NCBI GenBank assembly: GCA_019058275.1
Contig: JAHLVW010000015.1
Location: 1 to 64,000 of the forward strand
DNA from: Candidatus Heimdallarchaeota archaeon
GTDB taxonomy: Archaea; Asgardarchaeota; Heimdallarchaeia; JABLTI01
Length of the DNA stretch: 64,000 nucleotides
Reading direction: 5' to 3'
The translations under genes and the position numbers were made by a program. The notes below the pieces were generated by a model. The model was given only the letters and a program-made list of their open reading frames with translations, searched no databases and had not been told where the DNA came from. The number at the start of each line of letters is the position of its first letter. Position 1 is the first letter of the stretch. Below are positions 27,853-37,126 of this stretch, piece after piece.

Positions 27853-28344
27853 TTGAAAATTGATAATAGGTATATTATCAAAATCGTTGCTGAATTTCCA
27901 TTTCGATTTCATGACGTGTTAAATGACTTAGGTGCAGATAATTTGTCTAGATTCAAGTTACCCAAATTGAAAGATAAAAGAGCTGAAAAAGGACTAAGAA
28001 AGCAAATCATTAGTGTTTTTAGTGTTGATGTTAACGAAATGGGACCTGTTGTAGAATCTATTGCTTCACCCTATACTTCTGACTCTTTGTTTAATGAACG
28101 TGAGATATCTATTCTATTTACAACTGTAACAATGCTAGGAGTAAAAGAAATGATAATGGGTGAATTGAAACTAATCTTTGAGATATTTGACTCTGTTATG
28201 AATGATGGAAGACCAGCTAAGAAAATTATTGTTACTATATGTGGTGAAGATGCAGATAGTGGACAAGTAAGAACAATAGTTAGAAATATGATTCACAGTT
28301 CTAATAATGCTATAAAGAACCTTGAAAACATAATGGAAAGATAG
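27853..28344 (+). CDS. hypothetical protein, possible uDENN/longin-like domain
   Basis: VFSVDVNEMGPVV beta-hairpin pattern followed by a helix; true start uncertain. Confidence 0.5.
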   Translation: MKIDNRYIIKIVAEFPFRFHDVLNDLGADNLSRFKLPKLKDKRAEKGLRKQIISVFSVDVNEMGPVVESIASPYTSDSLFNEREISILFTTVTMLGVKEMIMGELKLIFEIFDSVMNDGRPAKKIIVTICGEDADSGQVRTIVRNMIHSSNNAIKNLENIMER

Positions 28345-28545
28345 TTCTTCATAGCTAAATAAATCATCATAATGAGTTATTAGGTGAAAAATTGGAAATT
28401 AATTAGTAACAGAGAATTTTATAAAGCATTTATTTATTTTTCAATTCATTACGAACAAAAGAATTTTAAACAATTCTTAACCGAATTTGCATTACAAGAA
28501 ATAAAAAATATGCTTCAAATTTACGAGTTAATTGAGGTACAGAAA

Positions 28546-29229
28546 TTGGCAATAGAAGCAGATCAAACAACAGAAGATTTACTCATTGGATTAGATGAAT
28601 ATTTAGCTGCAGGTGTACATATAGGCACTAGAATTGGCACAAAATCAATGAAGGATTTTATTTACCTTATCCGTAGCGATGGATTATATGTATTAGATGT
28701 TCGTGCAACCGATGAAAGAATAAAAACCTTAGCAAAATTCCTTGCACGATATGAACCAAATCAAGTAGCGGTTTTTTCAGCCAGACAATATGGGCAAGTA
28801 CCAGGAAGCAAACTTGCCAAAGCATGTGGTTTTCGAAGTGTTCCTGGCAGATTTATCCCTGGAACTTTAACAAATCCTGTTTTCTCGGGTTTTATTGAAC
28901 CGGAAGTAATTCTCGTAACAGATCCACGTGCAGATAAACAAGCTATAAAAGAAGCAAACAAAATTGGTATTGTTGTTGCTGCAATGTGTGATACAGACAA
29001 CGAATTAAAAGGAGTAGATATTTGTGTTCCAACAAATAATAAAGGACGCAGAGCTTTAGCTATAGTCTACTGGATTTTAGCAAGAGAAATATTGAGAGCT
29101 CGAGGAGAAATTCCTCCAGATGGTACCATCCCTGAAACTGTTGAAGAATTCACATTTAAAGTACTCCCAAGTAGCATGCAAATTACTACTGAAGGTCAAG
29201 AAGAAGAATCTGCACAAGGGAAATTCTAA
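28546..29229 (+). CDS. rps2: 30S ribosomal protein uS2
   Basis: YLAAGVHIG, GRFIPGTLTNP, TDPRAD and PTNNKGRR; start set to TTG 28546 after GAGGT. Confidence 0.96.
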   Translation: MAIEADQTTEDLLIGLDEYLAAGVHIGTRIGTKSMKDFIYLIRSDGLYVLDVRATDERIKTLAKFLARYEPNQVAVFSARQYGQVPGSKLAKACGFRSVPGRFIPGTLTNPVFSGFIEPEVILVTDPRADKQAIKEANKIGIVVAAMCDTDNELKGVDICVPTNNKGRRALAIVYWILAREILRARGEIPPDGTIPETVEEFTFKVLPSSMQITTEGQEEESAQGKF

Positions 29230-29328
29230 AAGAACGTTGATTATTAATCAACTTTCTTTACTTTCTATTAATTTTATAACATAATTCACATGTAAATAGG
29301 TTGAGCATAGCCAGTAAACATTCTTTCT

Positions 29329-30456
29329 TTACTGACCTATACCAAACCAATCAGGCATATTCCATCCCCAACCTTCATAACCAGTTAGTAATGTTATACC
29401 CCAAACTCCAAATGCTAAGGCTAATCCTAAACCTATAGATAATGGTAAACCTGGCATCATCTTCACTTTCTCAAGAAGCTTGATTGTAATTATGGAACCT
29501 ATAATGACGCCAACAAGAGCTCCAATAGCAGCAAAGAAACCCAACCTTATGAGAGCAAAACTAACAATCATTCCGAAAAAGGCTAAATCGCCAAGTCCCA
29601 ATTCAATATAATCAACATAAACGTATTGAGCTTCCTCAGAAGCAATTGTCCTTTCTGGCAATTCAGTTAATGTTTTGGATTCTTGTTCCATATTCACAGT
29701 TTCATTAATAGCTGGTCTTTCTTCAGGTGTATCCTTTGTAGGATTTTCACCATTCTCTAATTCATTTTTTTCCTTAAGGTATCTTTCTTCACTGATTTCA
29801 GCAATTTTTTTGATGGGACCTCTAAAGACGGATATAATATCATAAATGCTTAATCCAATCATAACAAAAACCGCAATAAGTGTAGGAAGAAATACTGACA
29901 GGAATGTTCCAGCAAGAACAGCAAATAACAGAGCCATGATTTGAGGCCAAGGATGTGGGATAATTTGGTAAACCATTGATAACAAGGTAACAGCTGTATA
30001 ACCCAATCCTACTACTATTCCTACAGTAATAATTATCCACTGAGTTGTAGAGCTGAATTCAGATCCTTCTTTGAAAACATTAAGAAAATAGTAGGGAGTT
30101 GTATAGATTAACAGAAATACAAAGAAAAATGTGGTTATTGAAATAGCTGTAGCAAATAGAGCTTTTAGTGCTTTCATACTTCCATATTTGTAAATCAAAA
30201 ATATTCCTGTTGCACCAATGAATGCTATTCCTACATAAAAAAGCACATTATAAACAATATTACCAAATAAACCTCCGCCTGGAAAAGTACCTGAAGGAGG
30301 ACCTTCTCCTCCACCAAAAGGTGTAAAAAAATAACCAAAGATTATAAAACTGCTAATACTACTCAATATAGCACTTATTAGAATTGGAATTGATAATGAT
30401 ATAATCCGCTTTTTAATGGTAATACTAAATGTTCCCAGTTCACTTACATAATTCAT
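29329..30456 (-). CDS. presenilin-family GxGD intramembrane aspartyl protease
   Basis: SIYDIISVFRGP (YD), ELGLGDLAF (GxGD) and MPGLPLSI (PAL-like); ~9 TM with large hydrophilic loop. Confidence 0.9.
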   Translation of the reverse strand: MNYVSELGTFSITIKKRIISLSIPILISAILSSISSFIIFGYFFTPFGGGEGPPSGTFPGGGLFGNIVYNVLFYVGIAFIGATGIFLIYKYGSMKALKALFATAISITTFFFVFLLIYTTPYYFLNVFKEGSEFSSTTQWIIITVGIVVGLGYTAVTLLSMVYQIIPHPWPQIMALLFAVLAGTFLSVFLPTLIAVFVMIGLSIYDIISVFRGPIKKIAEISEERYLKEKNELENGENPTKDTPEERPAINETVNMEQESKTLTELPERTIASEEAQYVYVDYIELGLGDLAFFGMIVSFALIRLGFFAAIGALVGVIIGSIITIKLLEKVKMMPGLPLSIGLGLALAFGVWGITLLTGYEGWGWNMPDWFGIGQ

Positions 30457-30592
30457 AATTGGTGTTCCTTCTTTTTAATCTTGGCTGCCAATTGCAATAC
30501 TATTAAGATTGGGTAACCTATCAAAAAACATTTGCTTTTATAACGAAAATTTCTCAATAGCTTATTAAAAGAAAGAAAAGATAGCCGAGAAA

Positions 30593-30826
30593 CTAAGTAC
30601 TAGCTTCTGCGGTTGTCTTAGCAGGTTCTTCATCAGCACCAGGTTTTTTGATGAATGCAACTACTAATATAATTAATCCAATACCAAAAATTATTATACC
30701 AAACCATAATAGCCAATCTGACCATGTTAATGGATCATACATGACTGCACCAATAATTATCATAATAATTCCAATAACAAATTGGACTATTGCAGCAATA
30801 AAGGGACCTTTTCTCACATGTTTCAC
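30593..30826 (-). CDS. small two-TM membrane protein
   Basis: 77 aa with two hydrophobic helices and a polar tail. Confidence 0.65.
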   Translation of the reverse strand: MKHVRKGPFIAAIVQFVIGIIMIIIGAVMYDPLTWSDWLLWFGIIIFGIGLIILVVAFIKKPGADEEPAKTTAEAST

Positions 30827-30948
30827 ATCCGTTGTTTACTATTTTGAGTTCTAATTGACTCTAATTGTTTCTGAGTGTCAGTTAATTAGAAATCCTACAA
30901 TTAAAGGTTTCTGCTAAAAAATAATTTTGAGAAAGTTACAAGAGATTC

Positions 30949-33225
30949 TTATAAAAGGTTTTTAATTTTTGAGGCTAATTCACTATGCTCATTTTTTATT
31001 AAATCAATAACAAATTCACCAAAATTAGGATCAAAAGCGCTTAATGCATCTCTTACTTCTTGTTTTGTTGGATCTCTGTCTTTATAAGAACTAAATTTCT
31101 GAATAACCTTATTAGCATTATTTATCATTTCATTAACTTTCTCTCTTATAAATTTAGGTCGCTCTTTGGATCGTCTTCTCCACATTTGTCTTAAAAAACT
31201 GTGAAGAAATTCACATCTTGGACCACCATAGCAACTCATAGATTTGAAAGCAACTTTAATGGCACCTTTGAATAACTTATCAGTGCCTTCTTGAGCACCC
31301 ATAATGTCAAATTTGTTAATGTCAATGCCAGCAAAATTCGCAGTCCAAATTTGAGCGTTAATGGCTTTATGTGGAGCGAATATGGACAATGCTTCAATGA
31401 CATGATATATGTCTATTGGATCATCTCCAATCACTACTATGGGTTCTCCAACAATAATTGCCCTAACTGCAATATCTAATCCTTTTCTAATGTAAAATCC
31501 CGCAATATAGGCACAGTCTTTATAATTGCGAATTAATTTCTCGGATAAAGAAAGTCCAGCATCTAATGCGGCAATTCCAAATGCTTTCTTGACCTCATTT
31601 AAGTAGAGATCTGGTGAATGTCCTTCTATTTTTAGCGTATTAATATCTCGTGCAACTTTCAATAAAACTGAAACAGTGCTTGTAATTTCTTTCATAAACT
31701 CTTTGGAATCAGTGATTTTCTTAATTCGCTTCACAAAATTCCTTGCAAACTCAGAAGATTTGCCACCAAATATACGATTATGATCAATATCTATGACAGT
31801 TGCCCAAGAATAGTATTTCAGTAAATCTTTAGGTATTGCAATTACATCAGCATCTTTAGGATGAATGAATGTTTTACTTTTGATACAGGTTAATCTCCTA
31901 TGAGGAGTAAGAAATTTCATAGATTCAAAGAGCTTGTCTATAGTTTCCTCTTCAAATAAAGCAAAGTTCTCACTAGTAATCACAATGAAATCACCCATGA
32001 AAAGTGCTTCATAAACATGCTCTAGATCCTTTTTGAACAAGGTATTCAAATAGAATGGATCTTTATTCTTTTCACTAGGAATTCTAATTTTTCCAGATGC
32101 AAATGCTTTTTCTCTTCGTAAAGAATTTGTTGGAAGAAAACCTGATTTAGGAATTATTATTGTAGCTCTATGCTTTTGGTCGATTTCTTTAGCAATAGGA
32201 TCTTCTTTCAGTTTTATGCTCTTAACTTCCTTTTTTACAGGAGCTTTTTCAGGTGGTTCAGTAGCATCTACTAGTCTAGGTTGAATCGTATCAGTACTTA
32301 CAAGATTGGGTAGATCAGCATCCATAGATTCAGTACTTGGTATTCCAAATGAGCTTTCTGCTCCCGCTGTTGATATATCCCAATCAGGTGGAGCCATCAT
32401 TGCTGACTCAACAGTCTCAGATGGCATTTCACTTGAAAGTACACTATCTGCTTGAGGTAAATCTATTGGAGGGGCAATTTCTTCTTTTTGTGAAGGTTGG
32501 GTTTCAGCTGGAGTCTGTGATATTGTTTCGCTTGATTCTTCAGGCTCAATTTGAGCAGGTCTTCGTGTTATTAATCCAAGAGCCTTATCGGATTCAAATG
32601 GTTTGATAGAATAATATGATTTATTTGAAATTGTTGTAATGAAAAGATATCCTCTTTGATAAATTTCTCTTAATTGTCTATCTACCTCTTCTACTGTAAG
32701 ACCAGAAACTTGGGAAACCATATCAGGAGTTACAACTTGCATTTTTACAATAACGAGTGCAACCATTTGCAGTTCAGTTGGAAGATTTAAGACTTCAAAA
32801 GCATCTAAATCCTTTCTTTTTCCTTTTGCTTCGATTTTTCTTTGTTCAAATGCCTTTACAAGAGATACTAAATTGCTATTAATGGATCGGAATTGACTCA
32901 AATCCTTACCATTGAATCTAGCTGCAATGTCTTCTTTAAAATCTAAAAAGAACCGTTCTTCTAATTCGGGGATAAAAACTGAAGGAATACTTGTTTCATC
33001 TAAATCCGTACCAACTACAAACAAGACATCATTGCTAGAATGATAATAATATTTACTTCCTTCAATTATAATATCTTGAACTTTACCAGTGAATTCACTA
33101 ATCGGTCCACTTAACCATCCATAGAACTTTTCTAACCGTTCACGTTCCTTTTGATCGGATAATTTTATAAAACGCATGCCTGCAATGGGTGTATCTTTGA
33201 TAATTATCCAAACAAACTGAATCAT
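30949..33225 (-). CDS. longin-like + winged HTH + tandem DENN/folliculin-like domain protein
   Basis: N-terminal longin pattern (MIQFVWII..YYYH..VLFVVGTD..ELEERF); HTH LPTELQ..VSQVSG..LREIYQRGYL; duplicated C-terminal alpha/beta domain. Confidence 0.65.
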   Translation of the reverse strand: MIQFVWIIIKDTPIAGMRFIKLSDQKERERLEKFYGWLSGPISEFTGKVQDIIIEGSKYYYHSSNDVLFVVGTDLDETSIPSVFIPELEERFFLDFKEDIAARFNGKDLSQFRSINSNLVSLVKAFEQRKIEAKGKRKDLDAFEVLNLPTELQMVALVIVKMQVVTPDMVSQVSGLTVEEVDRQLREIYQRGYLFITTISNKSYYSIKPFESDKALGLITRRPAQIEPEESSETISQTPAETQPSQKEEIAPPIDLPQADSVLSSEMPSETVESAMMAPPDWDISTAGAESSFGIPSTESMDADLPNLVSTDTIQPRLVDATEPPEKAPVKKEVKSIKLKEDPIAKEIDQKHRATIIIPKSGFLPTNSLRREKAFASGKIRIPSEKNKDPFYLNTLFKKDLEHVYEALFMGDFIVITSENFALFEEETIDKLFESMKFLTPHRRLTCIKSKTFIHPKDADVIAIPKDLLKYYSWATVIDIDHNRIFGGKSSEFARNFVKRIKKITDSKEFMKEITSTVSVLLKVARDINTLKIEGHSPDLYLNEVKKAFGIAALDAGLSLSEKLIRNYKDCAYIAGFYIRKGLDIAVRAIIVGEPIVVIGDDPIDIYHVIEALSIFAPHKAINAQIWTANFAGIDINKFDIMGAQEGTDKLFKGAIKVAFKSMSCYGGPRCEFLHSFLRQMWRRRSKERPKFIREKVNEMINNANKVIQKFSSYKDRDPTKQEVRDALSAFDPNFGEFVIDLIKNEHSELASKIKNLL

Positions 33226-33390
33226 TACTTTGAACCTTCTAGATAGTAATCTAGTATTTGGTAGGTAAGTCTTATAACTTTGTTATGAGCATTAATATAT
33301 GATATTTTCTAAGTTTAGATTTTTTTCCATCATTTTAAGTTTAATGAAACAAGTTGGATTTAAGCATTAAGAAATTATAATTTGTGGCTC

Positions 33391-35244
33391 TTAATAACCC
33401 CAATATTTGTTATCTGCACTTATACTTCGCTTAAGCTCTATCAAGTCCTCTAATGCTTCTTTTTCATCAGTTGTTAAATCTTCATAATATTTTTCTTTGA
33501 TTTTTCGAACAACACTTTCTGGTAAATCCACATATAGCTCCATATCTTCAGTAATTTGTCTGCCTACTGTTGGTCCACGTATTGAAATAGCAACTTGTTG
33601 CCCTCTTTTAGCTTCTCTAATAGATTGACTTTTATCCTGTATTTGTTGAATTGAACCACATTTCTTACCATCAGTGCCCCTTATCAAAGGAGTCCTTGGA
33701 ACTATTCGACCAGAGAGAATTTCTACACCAACAATTGCAGGTTTATTTGATCTAAAAACCATTCCAGGTAATATTTTGATTTTTGCAGGATATGTTAAAT
33801 CCTTTAGGCTTTCAGCTTTAAGTTTACTTTCAATCTCGATTTTCCAATGTTCATAATCATCTAGTAGAGTATAGATAATATCGCTTTGGAAAAATTCTAT
33901 ATCATTTACTTCTAGTTCTTCTTGTGCATCATGCAAAATACCAACATTAAAAGCAACTATTGCTGCTAAAGATGGAGATATTTCTTTAACAACAATTGAT
34001 TCAGCAACATTGTTCTTATTCACATCGCCAATATCAGCTAATTTGATTGGAATTTTTCTATCTCGAAATTCTTTTACTAACGCTTCAAGTGCACCAAGAG
34101 TATCTGTTTTGATTATTATTCCTTCTTTTTCTGTATAAATTTTAAAAACTTTCATTTCTTCTTCAATCATTTTAATAGCATTTTCAATTTCCTCTTCTGT
34201 ATTAGCTACCATAACTAGAGCACCAGCAACAGCTTCATTTAATCCAGAACCTGTAATCTTTATCCCTGCAGCAGCATGAACCATATCTATTGAGTTGAAT
34301 TTTTCTCGAGGATCTCGTATTTCATCTAATTCTTTAGGTTCCAGTAAAGCTCTAATCTTAGCTTTGTGAGCCTTATTTTTGCCACCAAATACAATTGTAT
34401 CTGTTTTTAAAAAAGTTCCCTTGTGAACTATAACATTGATTGTTGTTCCCATGCCAGTTTCTTCTGTAACTTCAAGAATTGTACCTTCCCCAGGACCTTC
34501 GCTGTAAACTAATTTCTTCAACAAAAACTGTTGAGCTAGTCCAGATAATACTAAAAACAAATCTTGAATACCTTCATGCGTTTTTGCACTAGTTGGAACA
34601 ATTGCAACAATTTCAGTATAATTTCTAATTCGGTCATAACGATCTGATGGATAGCTTAACTTTGATAACTCACCCATTAATTCATACAGGTGTCTGTCAA
34701 GTGCTTTCTGGGTATCTACAGTTTGTTTTTTAAGTGTACTACTAAATTGTTCACCTTCTTTTGATTTCCACCCAGCAACCCGATCAATTTTATTTGCTGC
34801 AACGAGGAATGGAATCTTTCTTTGTTTTAGTAAACGCATGGATTCAAATGTTTGTGGTTGGAATCCTGCTTGCACATCTACTACAACAATTGCAATATCT
34901 GCAACAGAAGTTCCTCTTGCTCTAAGATTTAGAAAGGCAGCATGTCCAGGAGTATCTACAATTAAAATACCGGGGATTCTAAGCTTGATTGCTCCTTTAG
35001 TCATTAAATCTCCACAAATCTCTTGAATTGTTTCTATAGGAAAGTAAGAAGCACCGATTTGTTGAGTAATTCCACCTGCTTCTCTTGCTTGGACAGCAGT
35101 TCCTCTTACAGCATCAAGAATAGAGGTCTTACCATGATCAATATGTCCCAAAATAACACAAATAGGAGCTTTAATTCTCTTATTATCATCTATCTCTTTA
35201 TCTGCTTTCTTTTTTGTTTCTTTATTTGATTTTTCTTGTGACAT
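33391..35244 (-). CDS. infB: translation initiation factor aIF5B (IF-2)
   Basis: GHIDHGKT, EAGGITQQIGA, DTPGH, NKID and GPTVGRQ; ATG 35244 follows GAGGT. Confidence 0.97.
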   Translation of the reverse strand: MSQEKSNKETKKKADKEIDDNKRIKAPICVILGHIDHGKTSILDAVRGTAVQAREAGGITQQIGASYFPIETIQEICGDLMTKGAIKLRIPGILIVDTPGHAAFLNLRARGTSVADIAIVVVDVQAGFQPQTFESMRLLKQRKIPFLVAANKIDRVAGWKSKEGEQFSSTLKKQTVDTQKALDRHLYELMGELSKLSYPSDRYDRIRNYTEIVAIVPTSAKTHEGIQDLFLVLSGLAQQFLLKKLVYSEGPGEGTILEVTEETGMGTTINVIVHKGTFLKTDTIVFGGKNKAHKAKIRALLEPKELDEIRDPREKFNSIDMVHAAAGIKITGSGLNEAVAGALVMVANTEEEIENAIKMIEEEMKVFKIYTEKEGIIIKTDTLGALEALVKEFRDRKIPIKLADIGDVNKNNVAESIVVKEISPSLAAIVAFNVGILHDAQEELEVNDIEFFQSDIIYTLLDDYEHWKIEIESKLKAESLKDLTYPAKIKILPGMVFRSNKPAIVGVEILSGRIVPRTPLIRGTDGKKCGSIQQIQDKSQSIREAKRGQQVAISIRGPTVGRQITEDMELYVDLPESVVRKIKEKYYEDLTTDEKEALEDLIELKRSISADNKYWGY

Positions 35245-35288
35245 AGTAATTAACCTCATTTTATATTTTGAAGATTACAGAATAGATT

Positions 35289-35747
35289 TTATTCGTAAAC
35301 CCAATCTTCATTTATCATCTCATAAGAAACGATTTCAGACTCTTTAAAGTAGATTGAATATTCTATTTTAGCATTTTCAGGTGAATCTGCAGCGTGAACT
35401 ACGTTTCTACCAATAACCATCGCTAAATCACCGCGAATGGTACCAGCTTCTGCATCCATAGGATTAGTCGCACCAGCAATTTTACGTACACGTTTTACAG
35501 CATCTTTACCTTCAATAATCATAGCAACAACAGGTCCACTAGAAATGAATTTAATTAAACCATCATAGAAGGGTTTTCCTTTATGAATTACATAATGCTT
35601 CTCAGCCATTCCTTTTGTGAGTTGAAGCATTTTCATTGCAACAACACGTAATCCTACTTGTTCCAATCTCGAGATAATATTTCCAACAAGTCGACGTTTT
35701 ACACCATCTGGTTTTACCATAACAAATTCTCGTTCAAAATCACTCAT
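35289..35747 (-). CDS. ndk: nucleoside diphosphate kinase
   Basis: VKPDGVKR, GTIRGD and RNVVHAADS; ATG 35747 follows GGGTGA. Confidence 0.97.
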   Translation of the reverse strand: MSDFEREFVMVKPDGVKRRLVGNIISRLEQVGLRVVAMKMLQLTKGMAEKHYVIHKGKPFYDGLIKFISSGPVVAMIIEGKDAVKRVRKIAGATNPMDAEAGTIRGDLAMVIGRNVVHAADSPENAKIEYSIYFKESEIVSYEMINEDWVYE

Positions 35748-35850
35748 TTGATTCACCCTACTATATTTCTGCAAAATTATTAGCTCAAAAAACTTTTGAT
35801 GATAAAGAAATTTCCAAAATTACCTATAATTGAAAAAAAAGGCTTAGGGA

Positions 35851-37056
35851 TTAAACCCAATCGCCAGTTTCAATTTTTGTTGGCAGATATTCTTCAGTGA
35901 AAAACTTAATACCACGACTTGCTAAAGCTTGAATTTCTGCTTTTTGTTTAGTATCGATCATTAGCTTAAGTTCTTTTATCCATTCTGATCGTACTTTTAC
36001 GAATTTTTCCTCCATCATTAACTTGGCTCGTGAAATGTCCATTTTACTCATAGGTAAACGACAATTTTGAGGTAGATTATATTTGTCCAAATCTGAAGGT
36101 CTTACACCTAACCATTTAATATCTGGAGTTGCTAACTCATATGATTCGTAAGATAAAGCTTTACTACCCAAACCATAAACTCTTAGAATATCCAAACCAT
36201 AAGGATCAGAATCCATAATAGCAAAAACTGGTAATTGTAATTCATGACTCATTCTACGCAAGAAAATCCTTGTTGCAACATTTGGTTGACCACTGCCTGT
36301 AAGAATTACACAAGGATATTTCTCGTAAAACTTATCTTCTGCTAATCTTAGAAAAGCTGCTTGTTTCTCCACTACTAGAATAAATTCAGCATCAGATTCT
36401 AAATCACTAATGTGATCTTGCATTGGATTTACATTTTTCCCACTTGACCCTTGTTTTGTACAATCTATTAAATCACCATTGTCTCTATAAGAAACTCTAC
36501 CTACAACTAAACCTCGATCATTTGCTGTAACATGGATATTTTTTCTATAAGTACCAAGCATTGCTGCACTATCTTCTATTAAGGGGTCGCTACCACGATT
36601 CTGATCCTCAAAAAGTGCAACATCAGTATAGAAAACTTCTCTTTTACTACCATGAATGCCTAGTTCTAAAAGCTCGTGGATTATCTGCAAAACTCTTAAT
36701 TGTGCAGTGAATTTCTTTATAGTACTTATATCAGCCCATTTTCTATCTAGATAATTTTGTCCTAGAAGTAGTAAATCTGATTCTTCATCATAAATTACAT
36801 TACTTGCACTTCTAGAAGGTACTTTTAATATTGGAGTTCCAGAATTTATAGTATCAACAAATACCTTTCTAAAAACTTCTTCAATTCTTCTCATGCCTTC
36901 TTCTCTACTAATTTCAGAAATTTCATGTATACCTTCTGGAAGATCTTCGATTTTCCTTCTGGTTGTTTGTTTGAGAATTTCTCTTTCCTTTAGTATGGAT
37001 TTGATTTTTGTTACTGGAACCTGTTTATGTTTTTTCTTTGTTTGTCTACTAGACAT
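35851..37056 (-). CDS. top6A: DNA topoisomerase VI subunit A (Spo11 family)
   Basis: KREVFY catalytic Tyr, LVVEK, DSDPYG TOPRIM and KAEIQAL. Confidence 0.96.
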   Translation of the reverse strand: MSSRQTKKKHKQVPVTKIKSILKEREILKQTTRRKIEDLPEGIHEISEISREEGMRRIEEVFRKVFVDTINSGTPILKVPSRSASNVIYDEESDLLLLGQNYLDRKWADISTIKKFTAQLRVLQIIHELLELGIHGSKREVFYTDVALFEDQNRGSDPLIEDSAAMLGTYRKNIHVTANDRGLVVGRVSYRDNGDLIDCTKQGSSGKNVNPMQDHISDLESDAEFILVVEKQAAFLRLAEDKFYEKYPCVILTGSGQPNVATRIFLRRMSHELQLPVFAIMDSDPYGLDILRVYGLGSKALSYESYELATPDIKWLGVRPSDLDKYNLPQNCRLPMSKMDISRAKLMMEEKFVKVRSEWIKELKLMIDTKQKAEIQALASRGIKFFTEEYLPTKIETGDWV

Positions 37057-37126
37057 ACTTATCCTTCCGATAATGTGATCGTTAATTAATAATCATGAAA
37101 TATTCATGTATTTATACATTGGAGTA

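Noticed and set aside
28400-28540. Short hairpins in the rps2 leader (aagaatt..aattctt)
   Set aside because: AT-only short stems are expected by chance in this base composition
30648-30854. Plus-strand 68-aa ORF opposite the two-TM gene
   Set aside because: Ile/Asn-rich antisense shadow; the minus-strand ORF gives a coherent membrane protein
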